Origin: Geosiphon pyriformis uo1
Lineage: Eukaryota; Fungi; Glomeromycota
Assembly: GCA_016748015.1 (NCBI GenBank)
Contig: JAAOMT010000653.1
Span: forward strand, 1 to 64,000
Direction: 5' to 3'
DNA: 64,000 bases
Positions 48,901 through 63,037 of the stretch are shown here, piece after piece; positions within the stretch are counted from its first letter, which is position 1, and each line of letters opens with the position of its first letter. The notes beneath the pieces are model-generated. The model worked only from the letters and a program-made list of their open reading frames with translations. It was not told where the DNA came from and made no database searches. The translations under genes and the position numbers were made by a program.

Positions 48901-51900
48901 CAGTATTATTAACATAAGCCAATAGTATATATTAATAATACCACAGATTGAAAACACAATTCAACACCAATTTTTTTCTTGTCTAATTTTCTATAATTAT
49001 ATTAATCTTAAATTTGACTTTACCAAAATTTAAAACCAATTTATTATTAACAACCAAGTAATTTAATACTATTTTATAAAAAGAGTGTTCTAATATACTT
49101 CTAATTGTATGGTTTTTGTTAACAGCAAAGCTCTTTATTTATTTGTCAATTACAGATTTAATACATGATTTTTTTGTTCTTAATAATTTAGTAAGTTTAG
49201 TAGTATAATATAATTTCTTAATATTAAAAAAAAACAAATCTTATATTATTAAAATCAGTTTTAGAATTCAGTAAAACTTGAATATTTAAAGCTTTATTAC
49301 TGTTTAAAGACATTCAGTGGCTCATCAGAAAGACAAACTTATTATTAGTCTTATTATGTAAAGATTTGGCAATTTTTAACACCAATAATTCCAATTTATA
49401 AAACCTAAAAAATTTCTTAGTAAAGACATTGTTAAAATTCTTAAACCATTTTTTTTGAATATCTTATTGACTAATAAATTCACTATCTTATAAATAATAT
49501 TCCACATTGTATCTATATTAAAAAAATTTTTTAATACAACAAACTCATCAGAAAACATAACAGTATTGGTTATTATAATATTCTTAAATTTGGTTTATTT
49601 AATATTATTAGCACTTTTAAAATTAAATTTCCAATAATTTTTATTTGCCTGCTTATAAAAAAAGTTCAAATGTATATTCAGCAAGTCACCTAAATTTATA
49701 GAAATAAAGACTGTTTAATAATTAGATTTAAAGTATTTTTCAACATTCAGAACATTACAATCCACTATTATGTTAATTAAATTTGAAGAAACAACTATGA
49801 AATTAATTGTTTTTTTAGCACTCCTAAAATTATTTTATATTAAGACTTTTACAATTAAGCTTTCTACCAAAGAATTAACCAGCTTAAATTAAGACATTTT
49901 TTAAAACTAACACTTTTACAAAAACTATTCTTATTAAAATTACCACTTAAAATTACAAACAAAATTTTATTTACAGTCTTTGCAATTAATAAATTAATTT
50001 TTTTTGCTTAAGCCAAGTATGTTGCCAGAGCAGCACTAATATACAGCTCCAAAATTAAAACAAAGAGTTTATTCTTAAAAAGCAGTTTTATAAACAAAAG
50101 CCTATCAGCAATCTTTGAAATTTTGTATATATGTTTTGTCAAACTAATGTTTATAATAATTGCAATATCAAAATCCAAGTGATCAGACTTTAAACCAGAA
50201 GTAAACATCTAAATACTATCAAATTTGTTCATAATTTATAGACAAATTTTCTCTTTTAATTTAGTTTTAATAACAATAAAAATCAAATTATTTATTTTTT
50301 TGTATTAACAAACAATATCTTTTGCTTAGTAAGATTGTTTATACTTCTAATATTGCACATAGTAATCTTTCAGATCAAATTAGTTATTGTTAAAAAAAAG
50401 TATTCAAACTCAAACTTTTGTTATCTACTTTGATTAGCAAACTCATAATCTATATTAGATAAATTGTTTATTTTGTCTTTAAATTTTTTAATAATTGATT
50501 AATTTAATAACTTTGTTTTTACTACAGTCTTATTACTTGTAACTGCACTTGAACTTTCACTTATTACTATATCTGTTCCTGATTTTGTGATAAAAAAGTT
50601 ATCAACATTAGACATTTAAGATTAAGTTAATTCAAATGTATTTAACTTCTTAGTTAGCTTGTCAACTTTCTCTACAAAACTAGTAAAACTGCATTTAAGA
50701 ATGGCAAACCTATTATTTACATCCAAAAAAACCAGTAAAAAAAATTTAGCATCTAAAAATAAATTAGCATTAAAAACAATTAAAGATACAATATAAGAAG
50801 TGAAACTATCAGCAATTTAAGCCCAAGTTTTTTTTACCAAAAAATACTAGATAAGTAATTGATACTTGTTTCTTTTTATATATATTTGTTAAACAAATCT
50901 GATCTTAAAAATTAACCACCTACTTACTGTGATTACTCAAATTTTCACTCATTAAACACATACTAGAAACATGACCAAATTGTTTGTATTGAGCATAACA
51001 ACCAAAGAAAAACCAGTTTAATGCAAATTCACATTCTTAAAAACAGAAATAGAATTAATAACAGCTTTTTTTAATGTCTCATTAGCAAAAAAAACCACAA
51101 CATATTTGTTATGTACATAAAAATCTAGGTTGTGGCCAATAAAGCAAGTCTTTGCATCATATAATTCCAATAAATTAGTAAAATCATAAGCAGTAGTGCC
51201 AACTAATAGAGTATACTACAAATCCCAATGTTAATTTTTAGATATTTATGTTTGTTTATTATTAATAGCTTTTGTTATATAAAAAAAGTTTTTTTTTATG
51301 AAAACAGACTACTTGGCTACAACCAAATTGGCAATTTCAGCTGACTCAAACTTTACTAAGACTTTTTGCCAAAGACTAATTAATTGTATTTTAATAAACA
51401 CAATTTTACTAAATTTGGAAAAAACTGATTCCACAGCCAATTTTGAAAAATTAGCAAAAATTTTCTTAATTATTACTTTCCAATTTATATGTTTGTTTGC
51501 TATCTTAATATTATTATTGACTAAAATTTTTTTACTGATTATTATCTTCTTAGTTTTTTTTAAACTAAACTTAAACAAAAAAAATAATTTAATTATTTCA
51601 AAAAACTTTAAGAAAATTAATGTCTTTTAAAACCATCTACACAATAAAACATTTTTTAATACTCAACAATTTATTAACAGAAGTTTTGTTAGACACAGCA
51701 GAAAGCTCAATATTTAATGTAAAAAATTTTGTTAAATTAAAACTTCATTTTTCTAAAACATGTAATTTGATCAATAAAAATTGCCTAAAGCCATTAAACT
51801 TAAGTGACAGAAGCATTAAAATGTTTTTGTTATCATGCAAATTCACAAATAAAAGAGCTTTTAGTGAGTTATCCAATATGTATGTTTGAGTATGAGTTTT

Positions 51901-52120
51901 TTACAGCATAATATTGTTCATATTTTTTGTTAGTCACCAAAGTATTTAAATTTGCATAATTGGTCTTTTTGGCAATCATGTTTTTCATATTTTTTATGTT
52001 TGATAAATTACTAATACTGCTAATTTTACTATTAACTTTATTTTCTTAAGGCATATTGTGAAAATATACACTTTTTATTTGCTTTTGTTGTGGCCAAAAA
52101 ATTGACAAAAAAAAGATATT
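48901..52120 (-). mobile_element. LINE-4: eroded 5' half (ORF1, endonuclease, linker)
   Basis: ORFs 51309-51578, 50008-50208 and 49376-49558 are homologous to LINE-1 ORF1/ORF2. Confidence 0.88.
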
Positions 52121-52657
52121 ATTTTTAAAATTATTTATAATAAAATATTTAACAAATTTAATAACAAATTTAATACAAATTAATTATAATACTTTTATAT
52201 TTTATTAAAAATACCAAACAAATTTGCAGACTTTTTATATAACAAACATAATTACAGTTATAAAAATATTTAAAAAATATATATTGTTAATACTATTATA
52301 TAAGAATTTTATTTAATATTATCTATTCTTTAATTTGATTTTAATAATAAAATTTACTTTATTTTTAAATAATTTTGGCTTTAAAACCAATTTATTGTAT
52401 TTTATTAATAAATTAAACCTATTTTTTTTAAATTTTTTTTAAAACACTTCTAATAAAATAGGTTTTATTACTATTAAATATTTTAATATATTAAATAATA
52501 ATAACTATAATATAAAAATTCTTAAATATTTTAAATTTAAACATTTTAAAAATTTTATATGTTTTTTTACATAAATTAAAGTTTGTTTTAAAGTAAAATT
52601 ATTAAAGTTTTTTTTAATAATATTTTAAACTTAAAATTTTTAATCAATTTTAATAAG

Positions 52658-55600
52658 AAAAAAAAAACTTCTTTCTTTCTCTCTTCCTAAATATCTCCAA
52701 AGAGCACATTTTCGAAAAAAAGTTTTTTTATTTTTTATTTTTTTTTGTTATCTTTTGTAAATATTTCTTAATCAAATAATTCTTTTGTGGTAAATCTGGC
52801 TACTGTTTTAGGTAGTGCTATGTCTAAAAAAAAAGCACTCAAAAGAGTTCTTTATAGTCTTGTTAGGGGTTTTTTTTCTCAAAAGAAGAAGGTTTCTGTT
52901 GATAATATCAAGCATTCTGGAAATAAGAAAGATATCTCTTTGGTCAAACCTAATACTAGTAGTGGTGTATATTCAAATATGAACAGTATATCCAGTAATA
53001 ATGGAGATAATAATATTTTTTTAGGTGTTGGCAATAATTTTCTTCTTGGTTTGACAGCAAACACCCCTAAAGCTAAAAAAGTTAATATTGATTTGGTTTA
53101 TGGCTTCCCTCTTGGCTCAATCAATTATGGCATAGATGAAAATGATGAGTCCCTCCCTTTTTTTCTTAAAATTTCTCTTGATAGAAAGTAGGTTGACCCA
53201 AAAATTATCAAATCTCAAGTTGAAATATTTGTCAATAAGTCTTTTGCTCTTGATATTAATCTTAGTGCTGTAGAAAGAAAATCAGCAATGGCAAAGACTT
53301 ATTTTATCAGAAATTTTTTTTTTTCAGTCAATAGTTTTGGAAAGACCACTATCCTTTCAAAGTTTGAAGGGATTATCTGATCTATCTTTACTTCAGAGAA
53401 AAGCATGGAAAAGGCCACATCATTGGCCAGTAAAAAGAAGATTGTCATAAACACCAATCTTAAGAAACAAGGTATATGTTTAGATTAGACTGTAATCATC
53501 AAAAAAATTCCCATGAATATACCAAAAAAAATGATTGTTGCTGCAGTATCTAAATTTAGTAAAATTAGGTCGATCAAGATTCAGTTAATTAGCATATAGC
53601 AGAAGGCTGTAGTTGAGTTTGCTGAATTAGATTAGGCTGTGCAATTAGCTTCAAGATAGTCCTTTTTAATTGGGAAAGACTCTATATGTGTGGCTATGGC
53701 CATGGGTAATTGAAAAACTTGGCTGTTTAAGAATTGTTTTAGAGCATTTTTGTTTACATTGTCTGTAAAAACAATGGCTCATGATTTGAACACTTTGTTG
53801 GAAAAGACTGGTGAGAAAACTTGCATCATAAATCAGTCTTTGAAGTCTAACAATAAGATCTGCTGTATTATAGTTTGTTTTAAATCTAATAAAATATTGA
53901 AATCTGCATTTTGTATGAAGCCAGTCCTTAATAGAGTGAAACTTTTTTGGGCTAAGATAGATTTGGTTCAATGTAAAAAATATGGAACAGTTTGGTTATT
54001 CAGCTTTTAAATATGAAGTTTTAGATGTGTCTATGCTGCTATCTTTAACAAAGTTTTTTAAAAAGATTGCTTCAGAGAGAAAGCACTTTTAGTTTACTAA
54101 GTTATATAAAAAAAAAAATGTTCCAATCTTTTGTTCTGCTGCCTTTGGTGGCAAATTTTGGGCCCAAGTGGTCTCAAATATAGGTCCTTCTGGTGGTGTT
54201 TGCTTCAATTCTGGTTCCTTTTTTTTGGTGTCTTAAGTTTGGGTAGTGTTTTATATTCTGTTTCATCAGATATTATATTTTTGAATGCTTGTTTGGCTTC
54301 CCTGAAACACTCATTAAAACTTTTAGCAAATCAGGTTTCTGGTGTGGTATGCAAACCCAGTGACATCAAGTTGATGTCTCTGGCTTCTCCTTCTTCTTTT
54401 TATGTTTTAATTGCCTTTATGGCTGCTGATTTAAATACAAATGCAGATATGGTTCTGAATGACTTTGGTTTGGTATCTTCTTTTTTTTTTCTTGGTTTCT
54501 CTGGTGCTTCAGATTTGGGTCTGAGTAGTTCAAAGATTTTGACTACCAAAATAGGCTTTTTGGAGTCTAAGTTGGTAATTCTTAAAGCTTTTGTTGGTTT
54601 CATCTTGGTAAAGTTAGATCAATTGTGTGCTGACTCAAGTTCTCAAGTGCTTTTTTTTTCCCAATGAGTAATTTAGTTTGAAGAATTACTATGTGCAATA
54701 TTCATGGCATTAATGTGTCAACCAAATAAGAGAATGTTGTGTAGTGGCACATGAATTCAGATAACATGGTTTCAATTATTACTAAAACCAAATTAAGATC
54801 TAGTATTTGGCTCTGGATTGTGAACAAATTTAGTGGAGTGTGTATTTTTACTTCTGGTCTTAATAAGAGTTTTTTTGGAGCCAGAATGGCAGTTATATTG
54901 GACAATTTTCTTACTTGTCATGTGTCTAAGGTGGAGGAAATTCCAGGTCAAATTATTTCAATTAAGCTTTTATTTAAAGGGAAGTTATCTGTTACAATTT
55001 TAGGTTTGTATGTTGGTGCATCTGCTAAGACAAAATATGGTCAAGTGTCTGAAATCAATTCTTTTATTATCAAAACTGTTAATTTCAGTACTTTTGCAAT
55101 AGTAGGTGAAAATTTTAATAAAGATAGTACTAAGAGGAGTGTAAGTTTCAGATTTTGTATAGATCTGGAGTTGATTAACTCTTTTCATAAACTTTTATTG
55201 GTCAAGACTTCTACTTGGAGCAATTCTAGGAATGTAAAAAAAGTTATTGATTTTATTTTTGTTATTTACAATCTGGCATCTGTTGTTGCTGGCCATAAAA
55301 TTGAGCTGGTTTCTGAATTTTTTAATACTAATTACAAAATAGTGTTGATCACAATCAGTTTGAGTGGTTTTTTAGATGTTTGTCTTAACAATATGCACAA
55401 ATAAGCAAACAAAAATAGATGAAAATTCCAAATTAAGGATGCTAGTAACAAAAGTTGGTCCTGATTTAAAGAGTGTTTTTTGAACATATTCTTAAGAAGG
55501 ATGGTGGCTTTCAATAATGTTAAGTATTATAAGAATTTGAATTCAATGTGAAAGATTCTAAAGGAGGTGGTAGTGGTTTCTGCTAATAAAGTGTTTTCCA

Positions 55601-57206
55601 AGTTGTGGTTTTCTGAGTCTAATGTTTTGGTAAATAAGCAGTCATTAAAGTTTGTTAGACTTGAATTGCTAGTAACAAAGCTAGTGAAGAGTATAAGCTT
55701 TAATTATGTTTTGAAAACCTCTCATCTCATTAACACATAAGTTGTTATTGATAAGGGGGAAGCTGTTAAAGTTCATGATATGATTAAAGGTAATGTTTGT
55801 TCTGGTGTTATCTTACATTATTTGTCATGTATCAAGAAAAGTTACTATAAATCCAAATACTATGAATTCAAAGCTGTCAGAGATGATTTCATTAGGAAAT
55901 CTATTGACAAATGTATGAATAATTTTTGTTCTAATAAGAGAAAGATAATTAAAAGTATCCTGAATCAGTCTTTTTGAAAAGTGGTGCTTGATTATTTAGT
56001 GGTAGATGATAAGCTGGTTTTAGAGTCTCAGTTGGTCAAATTCTAAGTCAATACTATCATGAAAGAATGGACAAGAAAGCATTTGGTGTCTAGTTCTACT
56101 TTTGTTTGTTGGCTTAATCAGTATGCTTCTTTTAATTATGTTGATGATATAGTCTTTTCAGGTATTATGTATAATATTGGTTTCAATAAGTTTTTACAGG
56201 TCATCAAGTTTTTGCCTGATGGGAAGGCTGCTGGTCTTTTTGGTATTCCTAATGAACTTTGGAAACATAGCAACCAGCAGATTTTAAGTGGCTTGTTGAA
56301 TATTTTGAATGTGTATTTAAAGTCTAATATAGTTCTTAAGCAATAGAAAAGGGCCTGGATTTCAATAATATCAAAGCCTTATAATTGGAAAAAAACTCTC
56401 ACTAATATGAGACCAATAACATTGGTTAAGACAGCCAGGAAGATTTTATCTAATAGGATTTTCTTGGCTTGTAGCAATTATAATATGCTGTGTGGAGATA
56501 ACTTTTCGATTTTAAAGAGCACTTCTACTCAAACTTCAATTTTTGATGTTGGTTTTGTTGTTGAGGATGCACTAGAAAAGGATCATAAGCTGTGGCTAGT
56601 TCTTCAGGATATGCATAAAGCATATAACTCAATTGGTTGGTCTTACTTAAGGAACAGTTTGGTTAGAATCAAAATGTGTTCTTGTTTTATCAAGTTTTTT
56701 GAGAGCATATATAATAACTGTGTTAATCAAGTGATAACAAATTTTGGGCTTACAGATAGATATACTGTTCATGATGGTTTGGATCAAGATGAGATATTTT
56801 TACTTTTGTTATGAAAACTTTTTTACAATTTTTTGCTGCATGAGGTTAAAAGACATAAAAGTTTGTATGAATACTGGTTGGACTCAAAGTTTTTTACACA
56901 AACTGGCAAGCAGAATTACAAGAATAGTTTGACATCATATTTAACTGCAGAGGCATTTGTGAATAACACTATTTAGATTGAGAATAGCATGGCTGCTACT
57001 CAGCATATCTTAAATATAGCTAGCAAATTTTTTTATATTAATAATATTTCAATTTACACTGAAAAAACAGTGGCCATACCTATTAATTACAGAATTGAGA
57101 TTCTTTGTTTAACAATTAGTGGTGCAAACATTTTGATTGCTAAGAGAAGTGAGACTCATAGATACTTGGGAATTTTTTTATCTACTGATGGTTTTTCAAA
57201 GCCCAG
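52658..57206 (+). mobile_element. LINE-5: 5' UTR, ORF1 (52787-54667), ORF2 EN and RT (from 54664), truncated at LTR C
   Basis: GKAAGLFGIPNELW, LQDMHKAYNSIGW, HRYLGIFLSTDGFSKP, then an abrupt switch to TGTTAT. Confidence 0.93.
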
Positions 57207-58337
57207 TGTTATTAGTGGTTTTTGTCAGTATTAGAGAACATTTCTTAGCTCAACTAGTAATACACATTATCATGATTATGCTACTGACTATAGCATATTA
57301 TGGGTGTATAAACTATTTCAGTAGATGGGAGAGCAAAAAGAGGTATGAAATAAAGTCATTAAAAGTAAAAGAAAGTATTGTCATTATTATTTATTTTTGG
57401 ACAAGAACCAGTCTTAAGTATTTTAAAAGGAAAAGAGAAGTCACATCTCTTTATATGTATCAAAAGTGCAACCAGCAACAAGGAGAAACCAAAACTATTT
57501 AATAAAATTGTAACCAGAATTTTTTCAATTAGTTATCGAAAGGGTGTAGTGTTCAAATACCCACTTTGAAAATGAAGTTATAGAAATTATAAAAAAAATT
57601 ATAAAAGTTAAACATAACTGAAATAGATTTTGCTTAAACTGTTTATTGTTGAGACCACTTTCTAACAACATGATATTTTATTACTTATTTTTATATTTAA
57701 TAACTGATTTGGTAAAACAAAACTTAATGTGAAATGGTGATAACACATGATTTAAAAGATCGGAAGTAATAGAACAACTTAAAATGGTGATAACAAGTAA
57801 GTAAAAGATTATAAACAATGTAATTCCAAATGATGATAAGAAATATGAGAAAACATACTTAAGATTGTGATGACAAGTATTTAGAGCATAGAAAAAGGAA
57901 AAGAGAGTGTAAGGGTAGAAGAGAAAACTAACTGCTCACTATAAAACTATAGTAAAAAATTGGCTCAGTATTAAATTGATGCTTTCCTAAGCTGACAGAG
58001 AGGCTGTATATATAGCTAAATTACATCAAATCTACATACTATATTAAGACTATTTAAGATACATCAATTATTTATACATTTTAATTTAATCAATTTATAA
58101 TAAGCTTTATTTGGCATGTTATTTTCTCAGAACTAGTGATTTTTAGATGATCAGATTTAGATGGCTGGATTTAGAACATTAATTGTAAATTAATAATATC
58201 AATTGTAATTATGATCAATGTAATCAGAAGTAGATTAATTGATTACATTTCTTGATAACTACTTTTAACCATTAATTGTAGATCTAGAATGTTAAATTGT
58301 TCTAATAAGGACATATAAGAATTTTTGGAGCATAACA
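57207..58337 (-). repeat. Solo LTR (family C, 1131 bp) with non-matching flanks
   Basis: TGTTAT...ATAACA inverted termini. Purine run followed by TATA-like gtatatatag in the same arrangement as the minus-strand LTRs A and B. No adjacent PBS or PPT. Internal aaatggtgataac repeats at 57732-57875. Confidence 0.72.
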
Positions 58338-61300
58338 AAGCCTGTTGTTATCTGGTCTCTCTTGATTTTAAAAGATAATTTCACCATAAATATGGCTATT
58401 GAACTTGTCCAGAGAATTAAAGATAATCAAAAAATGCATTTGGAATTTACATTTCTAATTTTTGCTTCTGCTTTTGTTATGATTTCTGCTTCTTAAATAA
58501 CTGCTACTTTTTTTGCTGTCCAAACTTTAAATCTTAATGAACAATTAATAGATAGACTTACAACCAATCTTGTTTAACTATTAGAGCTTTTAGCATAAGC
58601 AATCAGAAAGAATTAATAAACTCAAAAACTTAGATTTGAATATTATTTTAATTAGTCTCAACAGTTTTCTTATTAAAAACAGCAAAATTGTGGTCTACCT
58701 ATGTGCTATTACTGTAAATTAACTGAATATTTTTCCAGAAATTACAACAATTCTTCATTGTCTCTTTCAGTTCCTAAAAACAATAATACTCAGAACAACA
58801 GATTTAATAATAATAACACCTCTAATTAAAAACTTAATCATACTAACATTAATTTCTTTGAAAAAAATTATTTGGTTAAAGCTACTGTTTATTAGTCTTT
58901 AAACTAGTAAGTGTACCTCTAAAAAGTAAGAATGCAAGTCAACCAAAAGAAACTCTTTTTACACTTTTAACTTAACTAATAATAACCATAATATAGATAA
59001 ACTGGCAATTAACTTCTTTGATTTAACAAGAAAAAAAAGCCAAAATTAATTTTGCTTTGGATTCCAATAAAGTTTTTATATTAACTGCTAATAACAATAA
59101 GTTACTAAAAATTAGAGTTTTTAAGAATTTTTTAAAGTTAAAATCTTCAGAAATAGTACAAAAATCTGGTCTTTATTCTATTATTAAAATCTTATAAAAA
59201 CTTCAGCACATATAATTTTTGGCCAATTAATGACTCATTTATAGTTTAAAAAAAATTTTTACAAATTTTTAATCCCAAAGAAAAAAACACCAAAAACTAA
59301 CAAGCACTTTTACCAAGTTAAACTTGTTGATAATAGAAATATTACTTCTTTAATTTGCAAAACCCAAGTAACTGGTTATTTTATTGACTTAATTCTAAAC
59401 AGTAGATTATCTGTAAGCATTATTGTCAACCATTTTCTAAAAACTATTGATAAAAAAATTGATAAACTCTTAATTAAACCAATAATCAATATGCATAATA
59501 ATAAAAAGAAAAAACTTGGTATAGCCAAAGCTGTTTCTGTTTGCATTAATAGTATTAGTATTAAAATTAACATAGAGGTTTCTAAAGCTAAAGAATAAAT
59601 TATCATTGTTGACAATAAATGGCTTAAGAAAGCAAAAATTTTACTTGATTATAAACTCTATAAGCTAACTATTAGATGTGGTAAGAAATTTATTATGATT
59701 AAGTATTATTATTAAACAACTTTTTTAGTATCTAAGCAAAGTTTAGAAAAACAATCAAACAAATCAGATAATAAAAAAAGTGAAAAAAAAGGAAATAAAA
59801 AAGAACAAAAAAAAACTACTGAACTTATCTACACTATCTTTATCAGCAATAGCAAGCTACTGAATAATATTAAAGCTAACAAAAAAAGAATCATTGTAAA
59901 TAGCAAGCTAATTTGTTGGTTTTATTATAATATGCTCAGAAGAATCTTTAACAAAAAGTCTAACAAGAAAGCCAAATACAATTATTGATAATATAGTCTT
60001 TAGAGTCAGTGCTAGTGCAATAAACCATTGTATTTTTCTAGTAATAAATACATATCTTGTTTAATCTATTACAAAAATTGGGAATTTATTAGCCTAATAT
60101 CCAAAGAAAAATAAAAGAAATACAAAAGTTTTTTAAGAACAAATTATCTGAAATTTAATTATCAGCAATAAAACACAAAGAACTTTTTTTTGAAAAAAAA
60201 AAATAGACATTGAAAATTTACTGGCTAAAAACAGCTTAGTTATATAAAAAAAAATAATACTCTTAGATATACTTATGTAATACAACGTACTATTATTATT
60301 AGAGAAACTTATTTTATCTATCTAAAGTTTTATTAGTCCAATTGATACAATAATAAGTTTATTAAGAAAGAAATAAACCAAATAAAAAACCTTGAATTAC
60401 AAAAAACAAAGAGTAAATAAGTCTTTTTAATTGTAATAATATTCAAAAAAGGTAAAACTCTACACTTTTGTATTAATTACTGCCAATTAAATATTATCAC
60501 TAAAAGAAACATATATCTACTTTTTAAGATTAATACAATATTAAACAAATTCAATAGTACTGCTTTCTTTTTAACTATTAACTTAACTGCCAAATTTTGG
60601 CAAGTAGAAATGGATCCAAAAAACAGAAAAAAAACTGTTTTTATTATCAAGTATGGCACTTATGAATTTATAGTTATGTCTTTTGGTTTCACTAATACTC
60701 TTCTCATTTTTTAATACTTAATAGACAAAGTATTCAAATCAGTCAAAGAAAACTTTGTTTTGGTTTACTTAAATAATATAATAGTATATTTAAGAACCTG
60801 AAATAAACATCTTAAACACTTGCAAAAGATTTTTAATCTCCTTAAAAATACTAGTCTTAAGATTAATCTAATCAAATTTTTCTTTAAATAATAATTTACA
60901 CAGTTTTTTGGTCATTTTATTACAAAAAATAGAATTTTTTCTGATTCAGCCAAGATTAAAAAAGTTCAGAATATTAAGCAATTAATAAATGTTTATAAAC
61001 TACACTTTTTTCTTGGTTTGGTTTTTTATTATTAAAAATTTGTCAAAAAATTTTTTAAAATTGCTTCTTTTCTTAATTAGCTACTTAAAAAAAATGTTAA
61101 TTACTGCTAAGATATATATCAACAAAAAGCATTTGAAACTTTAAAGAAAAAATTGGTTACAGAATTTATTTTTATGCAATCTGATCTGAATTGACTTTTT
61201 ATCTTTTATACTAATGTATTTAACTATAAACTTAGTGCTATTTTTTCACAAAAAGATAAAAAAGGCAAGAAATATATTATAATATATGCCAATAGAATAC

Positions 61301-63036
61301 TTTTACCAGCAGAACAAAACTATTCAGTTGCTAAATAGAAATGTTTAACAGTAGTTTGAACTACTAATTATTAAGATAAATATTTTTTTGGTGTAAAGTT
61401 TTTGATAGTAACAGATCATCAAGCTTTGCAACAAAAAAAAGCTGAAACATAAATAAATAATTTATTAAATACTTTACTTGGATAAATTCGACTATAACAT
61501 TTAATATTACAAAAGAGCAAATCATTAAAATACTAATGTTTTTTCCAAACTTATCATCCAGTAATAATACAATCTTCACAAACCAAACCAACTTAATTAT
61601 TAGTAATTTTTTCTTAAACAAACACAATAATAGACTTGGACAACTACTCTGTACTAATAGAATTTTTAAGTAAAGAACAATATCTACCAAAATACAATTG
61701 ACAATAAAGAGAACATTTACATAAACAATCAAATTTTTATTTGATTTACCAAAACCAGTTATATAAAAGAAACAAAAAAAATTCTGATTGCTCTTAGAAA
61801 GTTATCAGATTTAAAGAAAAAAAAATTGTAATTTACAACATATATACTAACTTATTAGCTAAACACTTTGAAAAAACAAAAACAATTCAGAAAACTTTAA
61901 CTTATTATTATTAGTTTATCTTAAAAAAAAACATTGTTAAACACATTAAAATCTGTAATATTTGCCAAAAAAGAGAAAAATCCAATCACAAGAAAGATAT
62001 TTATTCAATTTCTGTTGGTCAACTATTTAACAGAATTAGTATAAATATTGTTAAACTTTTAACAGTAACTCTTAATAACAACAGATATATTATTACAACT
62101 ATTAACTATTTTACAAAGTGAATAGAAACAAAAACTACTTCAGATTAAACAGTAGTTTTTATTGCCAATTTTATTTATGAAAATATAATTTGTTATTATG
62201 GCTGCTTTAAAGAATTTTTATCTAATAAAAAAAGAATTTTTCTTAGTATACTGGTTAAAAAACTTTGTAAAAAAATAAGAATATATAATAAACTCTCTTC
62301 TTTTATTACTCTCAAACAAATAGCCTAGTAAAATATTTTAATAAAACACTATATAAAACCTTAGCCAAAACCAGTAAAAAAATAAACTTATAGAACAAAA
62401 TACTGCCTTTAGCTTTGTTTACTTATAATGAATTATGACATAACAAGTTATAAATTTTTTTATCTACTTTTTAAACAAATGGCAATTCTACTAATAGAAA
62501 CTAATATTGAAACAATATTTTTTGAGAAAATAACAATAAGAAATTACAAAGACATTTTGCAAAAAAACTTGATACTATTCTTGACTTTTTGGTAAAGACA
62601 CAAATAATTGCTTTTATAAAGATAAAACAGTTTCAAAAAAAGCTTAAAAAAAAAAGACCTATAAAACATTTTTTTTAAATGTTGATAACTTAGTTTTGAA
62701 ATATTACTCAGACAAAAACAATGTCTATAGTAATAAGTTTTCTAGTTAATAGAAAAATTTTTTTATAGTTAACAAAGTTTTAAACAATAGTTCATATATT
62801 CTACAAGATTAATATAAAATAATCTTCAATAATCACTCTGTTTATGGCATACAATTCAAGAAATATTACAAATAATTTAATTAGTTATCTGTTATAATAA
62901 TACTGGCCTAAATAATTAACAAAAATCCAATATAAATAAATACATTATTCTTAAAACAAAGATATTTTCAATTAACATAAACAATTATTTATTGGATTAA
63001 AACATTCAAAATGTTTTTAATATTTAAATAAATAAA
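58338..63036 (+). mobile_element. Eroded Ty3/Gypsy element D lacking 5' end: gag C-terminus, PR, RT, RH, IN; no dUTPase visible
   Basis: Decayed knuckle at about 58703. LILNSR at 59388. FCINYCQLN at 60466. FWQVEMDPKNRKKTVF at 60595. RH at about 61200-61540 and IN at about 61800-62500. Confidence 0.85.
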
Positions 63037-63037
63037 T

